A stretch of DNA of 64,000 nucleotides from Spirochaetia bacterium (GCA_965203055.1 OZ241863.1:288001-352000), one strand, 5' to 3'. Shown: positions 51,909 through 62,917, counted from the stretch's first letter. Made by a program: numbers and translations. The notes: generated by a model from the sequence alone, not told the origin.

Positions 51909-53201
51909 ATGAAGCGCGTGACCCTGGCCTACGGGCGCACCGGTCTGACCGTCGAGCTGCCCGCGCATGCCGAGGTGCTGCGCCCGCGGGCGGTGGCCGG
52001 CGTGGCCGACGAGCGCGCCGCGCTGCAGGCGGCGCTGGCCGACCCGGTGGGCGCGCCGCCGCTGGCGCAGTTGGCCGCCGGCAAGCGCCGCGTGGTGGTG
52101 ACCCACAGCGACATCACCCGCGCCACGCCCAATGACCGCATCCTGCCGGTGCTGCTGCAGGCCCTGGAGCGGGCCGGCGTGGAGCGCGGCGACATCACCC
52201 TGCTCAACGCGCTCGGCACCCACCGCCGCCAGACCGCGGCCGAGCTGCGGAAGCTGCTCGGAGCAGAGGTCGCCGCGCGCTACCGCTGCCTGCAGCACGA
52301 CGCCTGGGACGACGCCGGCCTGGCGGCGGCCGGCACCACCAGCCGCGGCAACGCCATCCGTCTCAACCGGACGGTGATGGAAGCCGACTTGGTGATCTTT
52401 ACCGGCTTCATCGAGCCGCACTTCTTTGCCGGCTTCAGCGGCGGGCCGAAGGGCGCGCTGCCGGCCCTGGCCGGCCACGAGAGCGTGCTGACCAACCACG
52501 GCTACGCCATGATCGGCGACCCGCGCGCGACCTGGGGCGTTACCGAGGGCAACCCGATCTGGGAGGAGATGCGCGAGGCGGCGCGGTTCATCGAACCGCT
52601 GTTCCTGCTCAACGTCACCCTCAACGCCGGCGGCGAGATCAGCGGCGTGTTCGCCGGCGACGTGCTGGAGGCGCACCGCCGCGGCTGCGCCTTCGTGCGC
52701 GCGTCGGCCATGGTGCCGGTGGAGGAGCCGTTCGACGCGGTAGTTACCACCAACAGCGGCTACCCGCTGGATCAGAACCTCTACCAGACGGTGAAGGGAA
52801 TGCAGGCGGCCAAGGGCATCGTGCGCGCCGGCGGCGCCATCCTGCTGGCGGCGGCCTGCGAGGACGGCCTGCCGCGCCACGGCCGCTACGCCGAGTTGCT
52901 GGCCGAGACCGGCTCGCCCGAGGCGATCCTGGAGCTGCTACGGCGTCCCGGGTTTGCGGCGCAGGACCAGTGGCAGGTGCAGATCCAGGCGCAGATCCAG
53001 CGCCACGCCGAGGTCTACGTATACAGCGACGGCCTCGACGACGCCGAGATCCGCGCCGCGCTGCTCACCCCGACCCGCGACCTCGCGGCCACCCTGGCGG
53101 ACCTGCGGCCGCAGCGGTTGTGCGTGCTGCCCGAGGGGCCGCTGACCATCGCCTACCTGCGCCAGGAGGCCGATTCGACCGCTGCCGCCAGCTCGCGGTA
53201 G
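51909..53201 (+). CDS. larA: Nickel-pincer-dependent lactate racemase family (2-hydroxyacid racemase/epimerase)
   Basis: SDITR, GTHR, PHFFAGFSGGPK, NH, DQNLYQTVKG. Confidence 0.88.
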   Translation: MKRVTLAYGRTGLTVELPAHAEVLRPRAVAGVADERAALQAALADPVGAPPLAQLAAGKRRVVVTHSDITRATPNDRILPVLLQALERAGVERGDITLLNALGTHRRQTAAELRKLLGAEVAARYRCLQHDAWDDAGLAAAGTTSRGNAIRLNRTVMEADLVIFTGFIEPHFFAGFSGGPKGALPALAGHESVLTNHGYAMIGDPRATWGVTEGNPIWEEMREAARFIEPLFLLNVTLNAGGEISGVFAGDVLEAHRRGCAFVRASAMVPVEEPFDAVVTTNSGYPLDQNLYQTVKGMQAAKGIVRAGGAILLAAACEDGLPRHGRYAELLAETGSPEAILELLRRPGFAAQDQWQVQIQAQIQRHAEVYVYSDGLDDAEIRAALLTPTRDLAATLADLRPQRLCVLPEGPLTIAYLRQEADSTAAASSR

Positions 53202-54799
53202 CGGCCATAGCCTTCGGTGTAACGCGCGGCGCGCTCCGGGTCAGGTTCGCAGACAGCCTTGAAGCCGGCGCACATCGCCGTCTGGGCCTCCTCCACGCGG
53301 GCGTAGTGGCCGGCGGCGGTGGCGGCGAACATGGCCGCGCCGAGGGCGCTGCCCTCCTCGGTGGCGGCCAACTTGATCGGCATGCCGAGGACGTCCGCCG
53401 CCACCTGCACCGCGAAGTCGGAACGCTGCGAGATGCCGCCCAGGGCGATGATCTCCTCCACCGCGATGCCGGCGGCGGTGAAGTGCTCGTTGATCGCGCG
53501 GCTGCCGTAGGCGGTGGCTTCCACCAGCGAACGGAACAGGGCCGGAGCATCGGCGCCGAGACTGAGCCCGGTGATCGCCGCCTGCAGCCCGGCGTCGGCG
53601 TTGGGGCTGCGGCGGCCGTTGAACCAGTCCAGGCTCAGCACGCCCGCCGGATCCACCGGCAGGGCCGCGGCCGCCGCCGCCAGGTCATCGAGCAGCCGCG
53701 CCTCCAGCGGCGCCCGCCGGGCCGCCGGCAGGGTGCGCAGCGGCCAGCGCAGCAGGTCGCGGAACCACGCGTAGACGTCGCCGTAGGCTGACTGACCCGC
53801 CTCCAGGCCCACCATCCCGGGGATGATGGAGCCGTCCACCTGGCCGCAGATGCCCGGGATCAGGCGGTCGCCCAGCGCGCCGGCGTCGGCCACCACCATG
53901 TCGCAGGTGGAGGTGCCCAGGATCTTGGTCAGGGCGCCGGGCCGGATGCCGCCGCCTACCGCGCCCAGGTGGGCGTCGAAGCCGCCGGCCGCCACCGCAA
54001 TGCCGGCCGGCAGGCCGAGGCGCGCCGCCCATTCGCCGCTCAGCCGGCCGGCGCACTGGTCGGCGGTATGCGAGTCCTCGTACAGCCGCCCGCGCAGCTC
54101 CGCCAGCCGCGGGTCCAGGCGGCCCAGGAACTCGGCGCTCGGCAAGCCGCCCCACGACTCGTGCCACATCGCCTTGTGGCCGGCGGCGGCCCGCCCGCGG
54201 CGCAGCTCGGCCGGGGCCGCGGCGCCCACCAGCAGACCGGGGATCCAATCGCAGTGCTCGCTCCAGGAGCAGGCCGCGGCGGCCACCGCCGGGTCGGCGC
54301 GCAGCACGTGCAGCACCTTCGCCCAGAACCACTCCGGCGAATAGACGCCGCCCTCGAAACGGGTGTAATCGGGGCCGCCCCAGGTCCGCGCCAGCGCATT
54401 GATCTCCTCCGCTTCGCGCGCCGCGGTGTGGTCCTTCCACAGCACGAACATCGCGTTGGGGTTGTCGGCGAAGCGGGCGTCGAGGGCCAGCGGGCGCCCG
54501 CTCTCGTCCACCGCGCACACCGTCGATCCGGTGGTGGCCACCCCGATTCCGATGATGCCGCCGCGCTGCGCCGCGCTCAGCCCGCCCGCCAGTTGGCGGC
54601 AGGCCCGCTCCAGGCTCTCGAGGTAGTCGAGGGGATGCTGTCGGAACCGATTGGCCGCGGCGTTGCAGTAGCGGCCGTCGCTCCAGCGCGGGTAGACCGC
54701 CGCGGCGCGCGCCTCCTGGGCTCCGGTGTCCGCGCGCACCAGCACGACGCGCACCGAGTCGGTGCCGAAGTCGATGCCGACGCAGCGCGGCTCAGCCAT
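53153..54799 (-). CDS. araB: Ribulokinase (FGGY family)
   Basis: GIDFGTDSVR, RQHPLDY, LWKDHTA, AGHKAMW, ICGQVDGS, DWFNGRRSP. Confidence 0.88.
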   Translation of the reverse strand: MAEPRCVGIDFGTDSVRVVLVRADTGAQEARAAAVYPRWSDGRYCNAAANRFRQHPLDYLESLERACRQLAGGLSAAQRGGIIGIGVATTGSTVCAVDESGRPLALDARFADNPNAMFVLWKDHTAAREAEEINALARTWGGPDYTRFEGGVYSPEWFWAKVLHVLRADPAVAAAACSWSEHCDWIPGLLVGAAAPAELRRGRAAAGHKAMWHESWGGLPSAEFLGRLDPRLAELRGRLYEDSHTADQCAGRLSGEWAARLGLPAGIAVAAGGFDAHLGAVGGGIRPGALTKILGTSTCDMVVADAGALGDRLIPGICGQVDGSIIPGMVGLEAGQSAYGDVYAWFRDLLRWPLRTLPAARRAPLEARLLDDLAAAAAALPVDPAGVLSLDWFNGRRSPNADAGLQAAITGLSLGADAPALFRSLVEATAYGSRAINEHFTAAGIAVEEIIALGGISQRSDFAVQVAADVLGMPIKLAATEEGSALGAAMFAATAAGHYARVEEAQTAMCAGFKAVCEPDPERAARYTEGYGRYRELAAAVESASWRR

Positions 54800-54813
54800 C
54801 ACTCAGGCCGGTT

Positions 54814-55248
54814 TCAGGATTTCTTCCGGCGCAGCGCCACGCTGGTGACGATCGTCGAGGTGACGAGGCTCAGCAACCCGCCGATGCCGATGTCGATCGG
54901 AACCAGAATGCCGGGCCAGTTGGCGATGCTGATGTAGGTGGGCACGATGTAGGTGGCATACGCCGCGCAGCCCAACACGAAGCTGTTGTGTACCGCCCGG
55001 CTGAGCCGCTGCTCGCGGAGCGCCGGTTCGATTGCCAGATAGCTGTTGCCGAGTCCGATCAGCAGCATGAACACCGCCACGGCGACGATCTCCGGGCCGC
55101 CCCACGTGTCCATCGCCTTGCCGAAGCTCCAATCGTTGCCGCTCGCCGCATGGAGGCGCGCGTACATGTTGCGGGCGATCGGGGTGACGTTCCATCCTAC
55201 GTCGATGACCGCGTAGACGCCGGTTGCGAACAAGAACCTGAGTAGCAT
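54814..55248 (-). CDS. Small integral membrane protein (DUF2177-like)
   Basis: Four hydrophobic segments, AYATY...NWP..VPID. Confidence 0.65.
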   Translation of the reverse strand: MLLRFLFATGVYAVIDVGWNVTPIARNMYARLHAASGNDWSFGKAMDTWGGPEIVAVAVFMLLIGLGNSYLAIEPALREQRLSRAVHNSFVLGCAAYATYIVPTYISIANWPGILVPIDIGIGGLLSLVTSTIVTSVALRRKKS

Positions 55249-55324
55249 GGCGTCCGACTCTACCGCTCATCGAACAAGGTAGCAACACCAGGGCCGCGGG
55301 CCGCGGGGCAGGACGGGCAGGCCC

Positions 55325-56137
55325 TCACAGGAGTCCGCGGAACCAGTCCCTGACGCGCACCTTGTCCGCGCCGCCGCCGAATCCGAGGCAGAACCAGCCG
55401 CGGTACCCGGCTGCCCGCAACGCCGCGAACAGCGCCGCGAAGTCGATGTTCCCCTCCCCCGGCACGAGATGAACCTCGTAGTCGCCGCAGTTGTCGTTCA
55501 GGCGCACCTGGCCGATGTCGTCGGCTCCGAAGACGTCGAGAAAGCCGCGCCACCCTTCCGGCACCAGGTTGCCGTGCGCCACGTTGAACGCCCACTTGAA
55601 GCAGGGCGAGCGAATGGCGTCGAAGAACCAGCGGGTCTCCTCGACGGTGTGCGGCAGGTAGTGCATTTCGGCGTGCTCCGGTTCCCGGTTGTGGTTCTCG
55701 AAGAACACGGTGAGATTCTTCCGCTCGGCGAGGTCGGCGAGCCGGCGCAGGCGCTCGATCGCCGCGGCGCGCCGCCGCCCGAGGTCGCCGAAGTGGTAGC
55801 CGCCGTGGCCGATGATCCAGCCGCAGCCGAGCCGCTCCGCCAGCTCGAGGTTGGCCGCCAGATAGTCGCTCGCCGCTTCCGCCATGATCGGCACGTACTC
55901 CGCGTTGTTGACGGCGGAGGAGGGGTGAATGCCGAGCGCCACGCCGTGCCGCTGGCACAGGTCGCGCACCCTGCGCACCCGAGCGCGGTCGAAGGAGGCG
56001 AGGTCGTTGGGCGGCAGGTCCGCCTGAAAGTCGATGTAGCGAAACCCGTTGCGCCCCGCCCAGCCGACCGATTCCTCGAGCGGCTGCGACTGCGGCGCGT
56101 CGAACCCGAACCGTTCATCCATCTCATTCATCTGCAT
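55325..56137 (-). CDS. Sugar phosphate isomerase/epimerase (AP endonuclease 2 TIM barrel)
   Basis: HGG, FFENH, HLVPGEGNIDF. Confidence 0.82.
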   Translation of the reverse strand: MQMNEMDERFGFDAPQSQPLEESVGWAGRNGFRYIDFQADLPPNDLASFDRARVRRVRDLCQRHGVALGIHPSSAVNNAEYVPIMAEAASDYLAANLELAERLGCGWIIGHGGYHFGDLGRRRAAAIERLRRLADLAERKNLTVFFENHNREPEHAEMHYLPHTVEETRWFFDAIRSPCFKWAFNVAHGNLVPEGWRGFLDVFGADDIGQVRLNDNCGDYEVHLVPGEGNIDFAALFAALRAAGYRGWFCLGFGGGADKVRVRDWFRGLL

Positions 56138-56169
56138 CTTCCCGGCGTCCAGCTTATACTATCCTGCCA

Positions 56170-57558
56170 ATGGCTGGGTCCGGCGGGCTTCCACTGCGTA
56201 TCAAGATGGGCTACGGCGTCGGCGACGTGGGCGGCAACCTGTTCTTCACCATCATGGGATTCTGGCTGCTCAACTTCGTCACCGACACGCTCGGCCTGGC
56301 GGCCTCCCTGGCCGGGGTGGCGCTGCTGATCGGGCGCGCCTGGGATGCGGTGACGGACCCGCTGATGGGCACTCTGTCGGACCGTACCGTGTCCCGCTGG
56401 GGGCGGCGGCGGCCCTACCTGCTGTTCGGGGCGGCGGCGGTGGTGGCCGGGATGACGCTGGTGTTCCTGGACGTGGGCGGGCGCGGCTGGAGTCAGGGCG
56501 CCCTGTTCGTCTGGGTGGTGTTCGCGTTCTGCCTCGTGAACAGCGCCTACACCGTCGTGTTCGTACCCTACGCGGCGCTGACGCCGGAGCTGGCGCGCGG
56601 CTTCCAGGAACGCACCAATCTCAACGGCTACCGCATGTCGTGGGCGATCGTCGGCACGCTGCTCGGCGCCGGGGGGTTTTCGGTGGTGGTGGAGCTGGCC
56701 GCCGGCGCGGGAGCGGGTTCCGGTTACACGGTCGCCGGGGCGCTGTTCGGGCTGGTCACTGCGCTGGTGGTGCTGATTACCTTCGCCTCGGTGCGCGAGC
56801 GCCCGGCGGCGCCGGAGCGCGCGCCGGCGAACCGCGCGCCGGAGGGCAGCGCGTTGGCGGGCTATGCCGCGGCCTTGAAGGTACGGCCGTTTCGCTTGGC
56901 GCTGGTTGCCTGGACGCTGTTCATTGCCGGTACCATCGTCGCGACGAGCGCGGTTCCGTTCTACTTCGAGCACGTGTACGGGCGCCCGGAGTTGGCCGCC
57001 GGGGGCTCGCTGGTGCTGTTGCTGGCCGCGTTCGCGGCGATTCCCGGCTGGGTGTGGCTGGCCGGGCGGATCGGCAAGCGCACCGCCTATTGCGCCGGCA
57101 TGGCGCTGTTCGGCGCGGCATTGCTGGCCGCCTACCTGGTGGCGCAGCGTGACCTGACCACCCTGTTCGTTGTGATGGGGGTGGCCGGCGTCGGGCTGGC
57201 AGCCAACTACGTGCTGCCCTGGTCGATCATTCCCGACGTGGTGGACTACGACGAGCTGGCCAACGGCCGGCGCCGCGAGGGGGTGCTGTACGGCATGTGG
57301 ACCTTCCTGCAGAAGCTGGGCCTGGGTCTCGCCGCGCTGATCAGCGGCGCGGTATTGCAGTGGACCGGCTACGTGCCCGAGGCGGCGCAGACCCCGCTGG
57401 CGCTGCACGGCATCCGCCTGCTGATCGGGCCGGTCCCGGCGCTGTTCTTCGTGGCCGGCATCCTGGTGCTCGCCCGCTACCCCATCGACCGCGCCGCCCA
57501 CGCCGAGATACGCGCCCGGCTGGAGGCGGCTTCCCCCCGCGCCGCCGGATCGGCGTAG
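56170..57558 (+). CDS. GPH-family (MelB-like) MFS symporter
   Basis: WDAVTDPLMG.LSDRT.SRWGRRRPY, PDVVDYDEL..G.RREG. Confidence 0.92.
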   Translation: MAGSGGLPLRIKMGYGVGDVGGNLFFTIMGFWLLNFVTDTLGLAASLAGVALLIGRAWDAVTDPLMGTLSDRTVSRWGRRRPYLLFGAAAVVAGMTLVFLDVGGRGWSQGALFVWVVFAFCLVNSAYTVVFVPYAALTPELARGFQERTNLNGYRMSWAIVGTLLGAGGFSVVVELAAGAGAGSGYTVAGALFGLVTALVVLITFASVRERPAAPERAPANRAPEGSALAGYAAALKVRPFRLALVAWTLFIAGTIVATSAVPFYFEHVYGRPELAAGGSLVLLLAAFAAIPGWVWLAGRIGKRTAYCAGMALFGAALLAAYLVAQRDLTTLFVVMGVAGVGLAANYVLPWSIIPDVVDYDELANGRRREGVLYGMWTFLQKLGLGLAALISGAVLQWTGYVPEAAQTPLALHGIRLLIGPVPALFFVAGILVLARYPIDRAAHAEIRARLEAASPRAAGSA

Positions 57559-57631
57559 CGCCCGCCGCGCCCCCGGCGGCCCGATGAACCGGTATGCGCA
57601 GAGGATGATTTGACAGCGGACCTCATTCGGT

Positions 57632-58639
57632 ATGGAATACCGCAACCTGGGAGCTGAGGAGTTGTCCACCACCAACGTCGAACGGGGCATTACCGGTATC
57701 GAATCGCTCGGAGCGGCGGTCCGCGAACGGGGCGCGTGGTGGCGTTACGTACGCCGGAATCCCGCGCTCTACGTGATGCTCATTCCGGGGTTGCTCAATC
57801 TGCTCCTGTTCAAGTACCTGCCGATGTGGGGCATCGTCATCGGCTTCCAGCAGTTTCACCCGGCGCTCGGGGTGTTGGGCAGCAAGTGGGTGGGCTTCAA
57901 GCACTACATCGATTTCTTCAACGATCCCTACTTCTTTCGGCTGGTCAGGAACACGCTGCTGCTCGGCCTGTACACCCTGGCGTTCGGCTTTCCCGCGCCC
58001 ATCGTACTGGCGCTGCTGCTCAACGAGGTGCGCCGCACCGGCTTCAAGCGAGTTACCCAGACGATCTCCTACATGCCCTACTTCATCTCGACGGTGGTCG
58101 TCATCGGCCTGCTGCGCGAGCTCACCAGTCCCAACGACGGCATCGTGAACGCCGTCATCGCGGCGTTCGGCGGCGACAAGATCCCCTTCTTCATACGCCC
58201 CAGGTGGTTTCCGTTCCTCTACGTCACCTCCGGCATCTGGACTCAGATCGGATTCTCCTCCATCATCTACCTGGCGGCCATCGCCAACATCAATCCGGAG
58301 CTGTACGAATCGGCGGTCATGGACGGGGCCAAGCGCTTCGTCCAGGTATGGCACATCACCATTCCCTCCATCCTGCCGGTCATAGTCATCCTCTTCATCC
58401 TTGCCGTAGGCGGCATCCTGGCCACCGATTTTCAGAAGATCCTTCTCATGTACAGCCCGTTTACCTATGAGACTGCGGACGTCATATCGACCTACATCTA
58501 TCGGGTAGGAATCGAGAGCGAGGGCTCCAACTTCAGCTACGCCACCGCGGTCGGCGTGTTTACCGCGCTGATTTCGCTGATCTTTCTGATCATTACCAAC
58601 CGCTTCGCCAAGTCGCTCAGCGAGTATTCGCTGTGGTGA
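57632..58639 (+). CDS. Carbohydrate ABC permease (LplB-like)
   Basis: KYLPMWG, QTISYMPYFIS, ELYESAVMDGA. Confidence 0.92.
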   Translation: MEYRNLGAEELSTTNVERGITGIESLGAAVRERGAWWRYVRRNPALYVMLIPGLLNLLLFKYLPMWGIVIGFQQFHPALGVLGSKWVGFKHYIDFFNDPYFFRLVRNTLLLGLYTLAFGFPAPIVLALLLNEVRRTGFKRVTQTISYMPYFISTVVVIGLLRELTSPNDGIVNAVIAAFGGDKIPFFIRPRWFPFLYVTSGIWTQIGFSSIIYLAAIANINPELYESAVMDGAKRFVQVWHITIPSILPVIVILFILAVGGILATDFQKILLMYSPFTYETADVISTYIYRVGIESEGSNFSYATAVGVFTALISLIFLIITNRFAKSLSEYSLW

Positions 58640-58668
58640 GCGGAGCGCGCTAGAGGAGCGCCGGCGGC

Positions 58669-59544
58669 ATGTGGGTAGAGCAGCGGGCCACCGCGTTCGA
58701 CGTGTTCAACTATGCGCTGCTGGTGGTCATGAGCGCCGCCTTCCTCTACCCCGTGGTAATGACCCTGGCGATTTCGTTCAGCGACGCCGACCGGCTCGGC
58801 AGCGCCGCCGTGGGCGTCTGGCCCGTCGGGTATTCGCTCGATGCGTATCGCCTGCTCCTGTCCGACGGCAGAATCCTGCGCTACTACCTCAATACCATCA
58901 ACTACGCCGGCACCGGTACCCTGATCATGTTGATCAGCACCTCCATGATGGCCTATCCGCTGACCTTCAGAGAGCTCCGCGGCGGCAAGCTGGTGGCCAT
59001 CCTGCTGGTCATTTCGATCTTCTTTTCCGGCGGGCTGGTGCCGTTCTACCTGGTGGTGCTGCGCCTGCGGCTGGTCGATACCATGTGGGCGCTGGTGCTG
59101 CCGAACGCGATCTCGGCGTTCAACGTGATGATCTTCCGTACCTTCTTTGCCAACATCCCGTCATCGCTGCGGGAGTCGGCGAGCATCGACGGCGCCGGTC
59201 ACTTCACCGTGCTGTGGCGCATCATCATCCCGCTTTCGAAGCCGCTGCTGGCAACCTTCGCCCTGTACACCGTAGTGATGTTCTGGAACGACTTCTTTCA
59301 GGCGCTGATCTTCCTGCGCGACCAGGACAAGCAGCCGATCCAGTTGTTCCTGAGACGCATCCTGGTGCTGCTCGACTTCCGGGACGTGGAGAACAGCGCC
59401 ATCCTGCAGGTGGTGCGCAACATCAGCTCGCGGACCGTCAAGGGAGCCGCGGTGATCATCACCATTACCCCCATTCTGTGCGTCTACCCGTTCCTTCAGA
59501 AGTACTTCACCAAGGGCATGATGATCGGTGCGATCAAGGCCTGA
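58669..59544 (+). CDS. Carbohydrate ABC permease (LplC-like)
   Basis: FSGGLVPFY, ESASIDGA, YPFLQKYFTKG. Confidence 0.92.
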   Translation: MWVEQRATAFDVFNYALLVVMSAAFLYPVVMTLAISFSDADRLGSAAVGVWPVGYSLDAYRLLLSDGRILRYYLNTINYAGTGTLIMLISTSMMAYPLTFRELRGGKLVAILLVISIFFSGGLVPFYLVVLRLRLVDTMWALVLPNAISAFNVMIFRTFFANIPSSLRESASIDGAGHFTVLWRIIIPLSKPLLATFALYTVVMFWNDFFQALIFLRDQDKQPIQLFLRRILVLLDFRDVENSAILQVVRNISSRTVKGAAVIITITPILCVYPFLQKYFTKGMMIGAIKA

Positions 59545-59625
59545 CGAGCACGGCATGGGGGCAAGCTGCAAACAGTCACGATTGGCGCCGTTGGCGCCGC
59601 TATCACATTCGTCGAGGAGGACACT

Positions 59626-61275
59626 ATGTCCAAGGACACCTTGTCCATATCCATACTTACTTCAGGGCTGGCGGCGGCAATGCTGCTGGCGGCCGGGGCG
59701 CTGTTCGCCACCGGAACCGAGGAGGCCGGCGTCGCCGAGATGGCGCCGGGCGCGGCGCTGCCGTGGACCGGGGCGGAGGTCGTATACAACGGCTTCGGGG
59801 CGGATCTCGGAATCCAGGAGGATCCGGAGGCGCCGGTGGTGCAGGAGTATCGCAAGGATACCGGCAACGTGCGGATCGAATGGGACACGGTGCCGTGGAA
59901 CGACTACGACACCAAGCTGAACCTGTATCTGCAATCGGGCGACATGCCCGACATCGTGTGGGCGCGGGAATCGGTTCCCAAGGCCGCTACCTACGGGCCG
60001 GTCGGCATCTTCCTGGATTGGAACGCGTACCGGGAGTACATGCCCAACATGCAAAAGTGGGTGGCCCGGTTCCCGCATCTCAACAACGTGCTGACCGACC
60101 AGGGCGAACGCTTCGCGATCAACGACATCACCACGGCCGAGTACATCGGCGAGGGCTACTTCTACAACGCGAACATCCTGGCGCAGGCCGGCATTTCAGG
60201 GCCGCCGGAGACGATGGACGAGTGGCTCGCGCAGATGAAGCAGATCAAGGCCGAGCTGCCCGACGTGGACGCGTTCCTCACGCAGTGGGGGCTGGGCTAC
60301 TTCCTGCACGCCTTCGGGCGGCCGATGAACGCCAAGATCGGCGGCGTCGAGTACGACCAGGAGCTCGGCGAGTGGGTATACGGACCGACCCAGGACCCCA
60401 ATTACCGCAAGCTGATCGAGTTCATGCACGAGGCCTACGCCGCCGGCGCGTTCAATCTGGACACGATCGGCGAATCGATCACCTCCGACCGCGTCCGCGA
60501 GCTGCAGGAGGCGGGCGACTACGCGTTCACCTACATCTACTACGGCCAGACCACCGACCTGTGGAACTATGAGGCGGGCAAGCGGCCGCCGGAGGGGTTC
60601 CAGGGGATGAAGCCGCCCAGCTTCGAGGGGAAGACCCACTACTGGATAACCGTCGCGCACGACACCATTCCCTACTGGGGTTACATGGCCAGCGCCAAGG
60701 TGAAGAATCCCGAACTGCTGGCGGCCTACGTGGACAACATCATGTCGGAGAAGACCTACGAGCTGTTCGAGTGGGGCATCGAAGGGCAGACCTTCCGGCG
60801 CACCGACGACGGCTACGAGTATCTGCCGGAGTTCGCCAATGACTCCGCGGCGCTGCGCGAGCTTGGCGTCGGCAACTTCCACGACCCGCGCTACATCCAC
60901 TACAACGACTCCGACCTGATCTGGTTCGGCAAGTACTTCACCAAGAAGGACGACGTGGGCCGCGCCGCGGTCGCCGCGGACATCAAGCGGCTGCAGGCCG
61001 GCGAGATGATCCCGCTGCTGAACTGGCCGCGGCCGCTGATGACCGGCGAGCAGAACGACGAGATCAGCAAGATCATGACCCCGGTCAACACGTTCGTCGA
61101 GGAGGAGCGCATCAAGTTCATCACCGGCGACCGCGACTTGGCGGAGTGGGACGACTTCGTCGCCGAAGTGAACAAGCTGGGCGATATCGACAAGGTGCTG
61201 GCCTACTACAACGGAGGCAAGCAGTTTCCGTTGGGCGACCGGCGCTATCCCGCGCTGCCGCCCGACCTGCAATAG
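59626..61275 (+). CDS. Extracellular solute-binding protein (LplA-like)
   Basis: GAGGAGG RBS, signal peptide, SGDMPD, WGIEGQT, KFITGDR...WDDFV. Confidence 0.9.
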   Translation: MSKDTLSISILTSGLAAAMLLAAGALFATGTEEAGVAEMAPGAALPWTGAEVVYNGFGADLGIQEDPEAPVVQEYRKDTGNVRIEWDTVPWNDYDTKLNLYLQSGDMPDIVWARESVPKAATYGPVGIFLDWNAYREYMPNMQKWVARFPHLNNVLTDQGERFAINDITTAEYIGEGYFYNANILAQAGISGPPETMDEWLAQMKQIKAELPDVDAFLTQWGLGYFLHAFGRPMNAKIGGVEYDQELGEWVYGPTQDPNYRKLIEFMHEAYAAGAFNLDTIGESITSDRVRELQEAGDYAFTYIYYGQTTDLWNYEAGKRPPEGFQGMKPPSFEGKTHYWITVAHDTIPYWGYMASAKVKNPELLAAYVDNIMSEKTYELFEWGIEGQTFRRTDDGYEYLPEFANDSAALRELGVGNFHDPRYIHYNDSDLIWFGKYFTKKDDVGRAAVAADIKRLQAGEMIPLLNWPRPLMTGEQNDEISKIMTPVNTFVEEERIKFITGDRDLAEWDDFVAEVNKLGDIDKVLAYYNGGKQFPLGDRRYPALPPDLQ

Positions 61276-61295
61276 AGCGCTTTAGCCGGGCGCGG

Positions 61296-61323
61296 GCCGG
61301 GCGCGGGCTGACCCGCGCCCGGC
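61296..61323 (+). terminator. 12-bp perfect stem-loop after the SBP gene
   Basis: GCCGGGCGCGGG-CTGA-CCCGCGCCCGGC; no U-tract. Confidence 0.5.
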
Positions 61324-61401
61324 TGGGCGGACAAACGGGCGGGCAGGGCGGGCGCCGCGCCGCGTGAAAGAGCGCGGCGCGGTGTGGTATAGTGCCGCGT
61401 C

Positions 61402-62883
61402 ATGGCAGCAGCAGCTTACGAGATCCGCAATTACGTGGGCGGTGAATGGGCGCCGACCGACGACGCGGCTACCCGACCGGTGATCAATCCCGCTACCGGC
61501 GAGGCCCTGGGGGCGGTGCCGCAGTCGCCGGGGGCGGAGGTGGACCGCGCCGTCGCGGCGGCCGCGGCCGCGTACCCGGACTGGCGGCGCACGCCGCCCG
61601 GCGACCGCATTCAGTACCTGTTCAAGCTCAAGGCGCTGCTGGAGCGCGCCGCGCAGGAGCTGGGCCGCACCATCACCATCGAGAACGGCAAGATCCTTTC
61701 CGAGTCGCTGGGCGAGTTGACCCGCGCCATCGAGAACGTCGAGGTGGCGTGCGGCATTCCCACCTTGATGCAGGGCGACGTGCTGGAAGATGTCTCGCGC
61801 GGCATCGACGAGCTGATGATCCGCCAGCCGGTCGGGGTGTGCGCCATTGTCTGCCCGTTCAACTTTCCGGCCATGATCCCGTTCTGGTTCTTCCCCTACG
61901 CCCTGGCGTGCGGCAACGTGGTGATCGTCAAGCCGGCTGACCGCACCCCCATCACCCTGCAGGTGGTGGCCCGCCTGGTCGAGGAGACCGGCCTGCCGCC
62001 GGGGGTGTTCAACGTCGTCAACGGCGGCGCCGACACGGTGAACGCGCTGCTCGACCACCCCGGCGTGCAGGCGGTGAGCTTCGTCGGCTCCACCGCGGTG
62101 GCGGAGCACGTCTACGCCCGCGCCGCGGCGTCCGGCAAGCGGGTGCAGGCGCAGGGCGGCGCCAAGAATCCGATCATCGTGCTGCCCGACGCCGAAATCG
62201 ACATGGCCGCCCAGATCACCATCGACTCCGCCTACGGCAACGCCGGCCAGCGCTGCCTGGCCGCCTCGCTGGCCATCACCGTGGGCGGCGCCGGTGCGGC
62301 CTTCACCGAGGCGCTGGGGGCGGCGGCGGCCAGCCGGGTGGTGGGCGACGGCCTCGACGCGGCGGTGGAGATGGGTCCGGTGATCAGTCAGGCCAGCAAG
62401 CAGCGCATCGAGCGGCTGATCGACGCCGGCGAACAGGAGGGCGCGCGGGTCGTGGTGGACGGGCGCGGCGCCACCATTGCCGGGCTGGAGGGAGGATCGT
62501 TCGTGCGGCCCACGCTGCTGGCGGACGTGCCCCCCGGCAGCACGGTGGCCACCACCGAGATCTTCGGCCCGGTGTTCGGGCTGATGCAGGTGGACACGGT
62601 AGAAGAGGCGATCGCCCTGGTGAACACGGGGCAGTACGGCAACATGGCCTGTCTGTTCACTACCGACGGGCGCGCCGCGCGCCAGTTTCGCCATGCCGCC
62701 GAGGTGGGCAACATCGGCATCAACATCGGCGTGGCCGCGCCGATGGCCTACTTCCCGTTCTCCGGCTGGCGGCGCAGCTTCTTCGGCGTGCTGCACGGCC
62801 AGGGCAAGCACGCGGTGGAGTTCTTCACCCAGACCAAGGTGGTGGTGGAACGCTGGCCGGCCGACTGGTCGCGCAAGTTCTGA
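61402..62883 (+). CDS. mmsA: CoA-acylating (methyl)malonate-semialdehyde dehydrogenase
   Basis: [35 protein letters not shown]. Confidence 0.85.
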   Translation: MAAAAYEIRNYVGGEWAPTDDAATRPVINPATGEALGAVPQSPGAEVDRAVAAAAAAYPDWRRTPPGDRIQYLFKLKALLERAAQELGRTITIENGKILSESLGELTRAIENVEVACGIPTLMQGDVLEDVSRGIDELMIRQPVGVCAIVCPFNFPAMIPFWFFPYALACGNVVIVKPADRTPITLQVVARLVEETGLPPGVFNVVNGGADTVNALLDHPGVQAVSFVGSTAVAEHVYARAAASGKRVQAQGGAKNPIIVLPDAEIDMAAQITIDSAYGNAGQRCLAASLAITVGGAGAAFTEALGAAAASRVVGDGLDAAVEMGPVISQASKQRIERLIDAGEQEGARVVVDGRGATIAGLEGGSFVRPTLLADVPPGSTVATTEIFGPVFGLMQVDTVEEAIALVNTGQYGNMACLFTTDGRAARQFRHAAEVGNIGINIGVAAPMAYFPFSGWRRSFFGVLHGQGKHAVEFFTQTKVVVERWPADWSRKF

Positions 62884-62917
62884 AGCCAGGCCGCGCCGCG
62901 CCACGCCGCCGGCTGGT

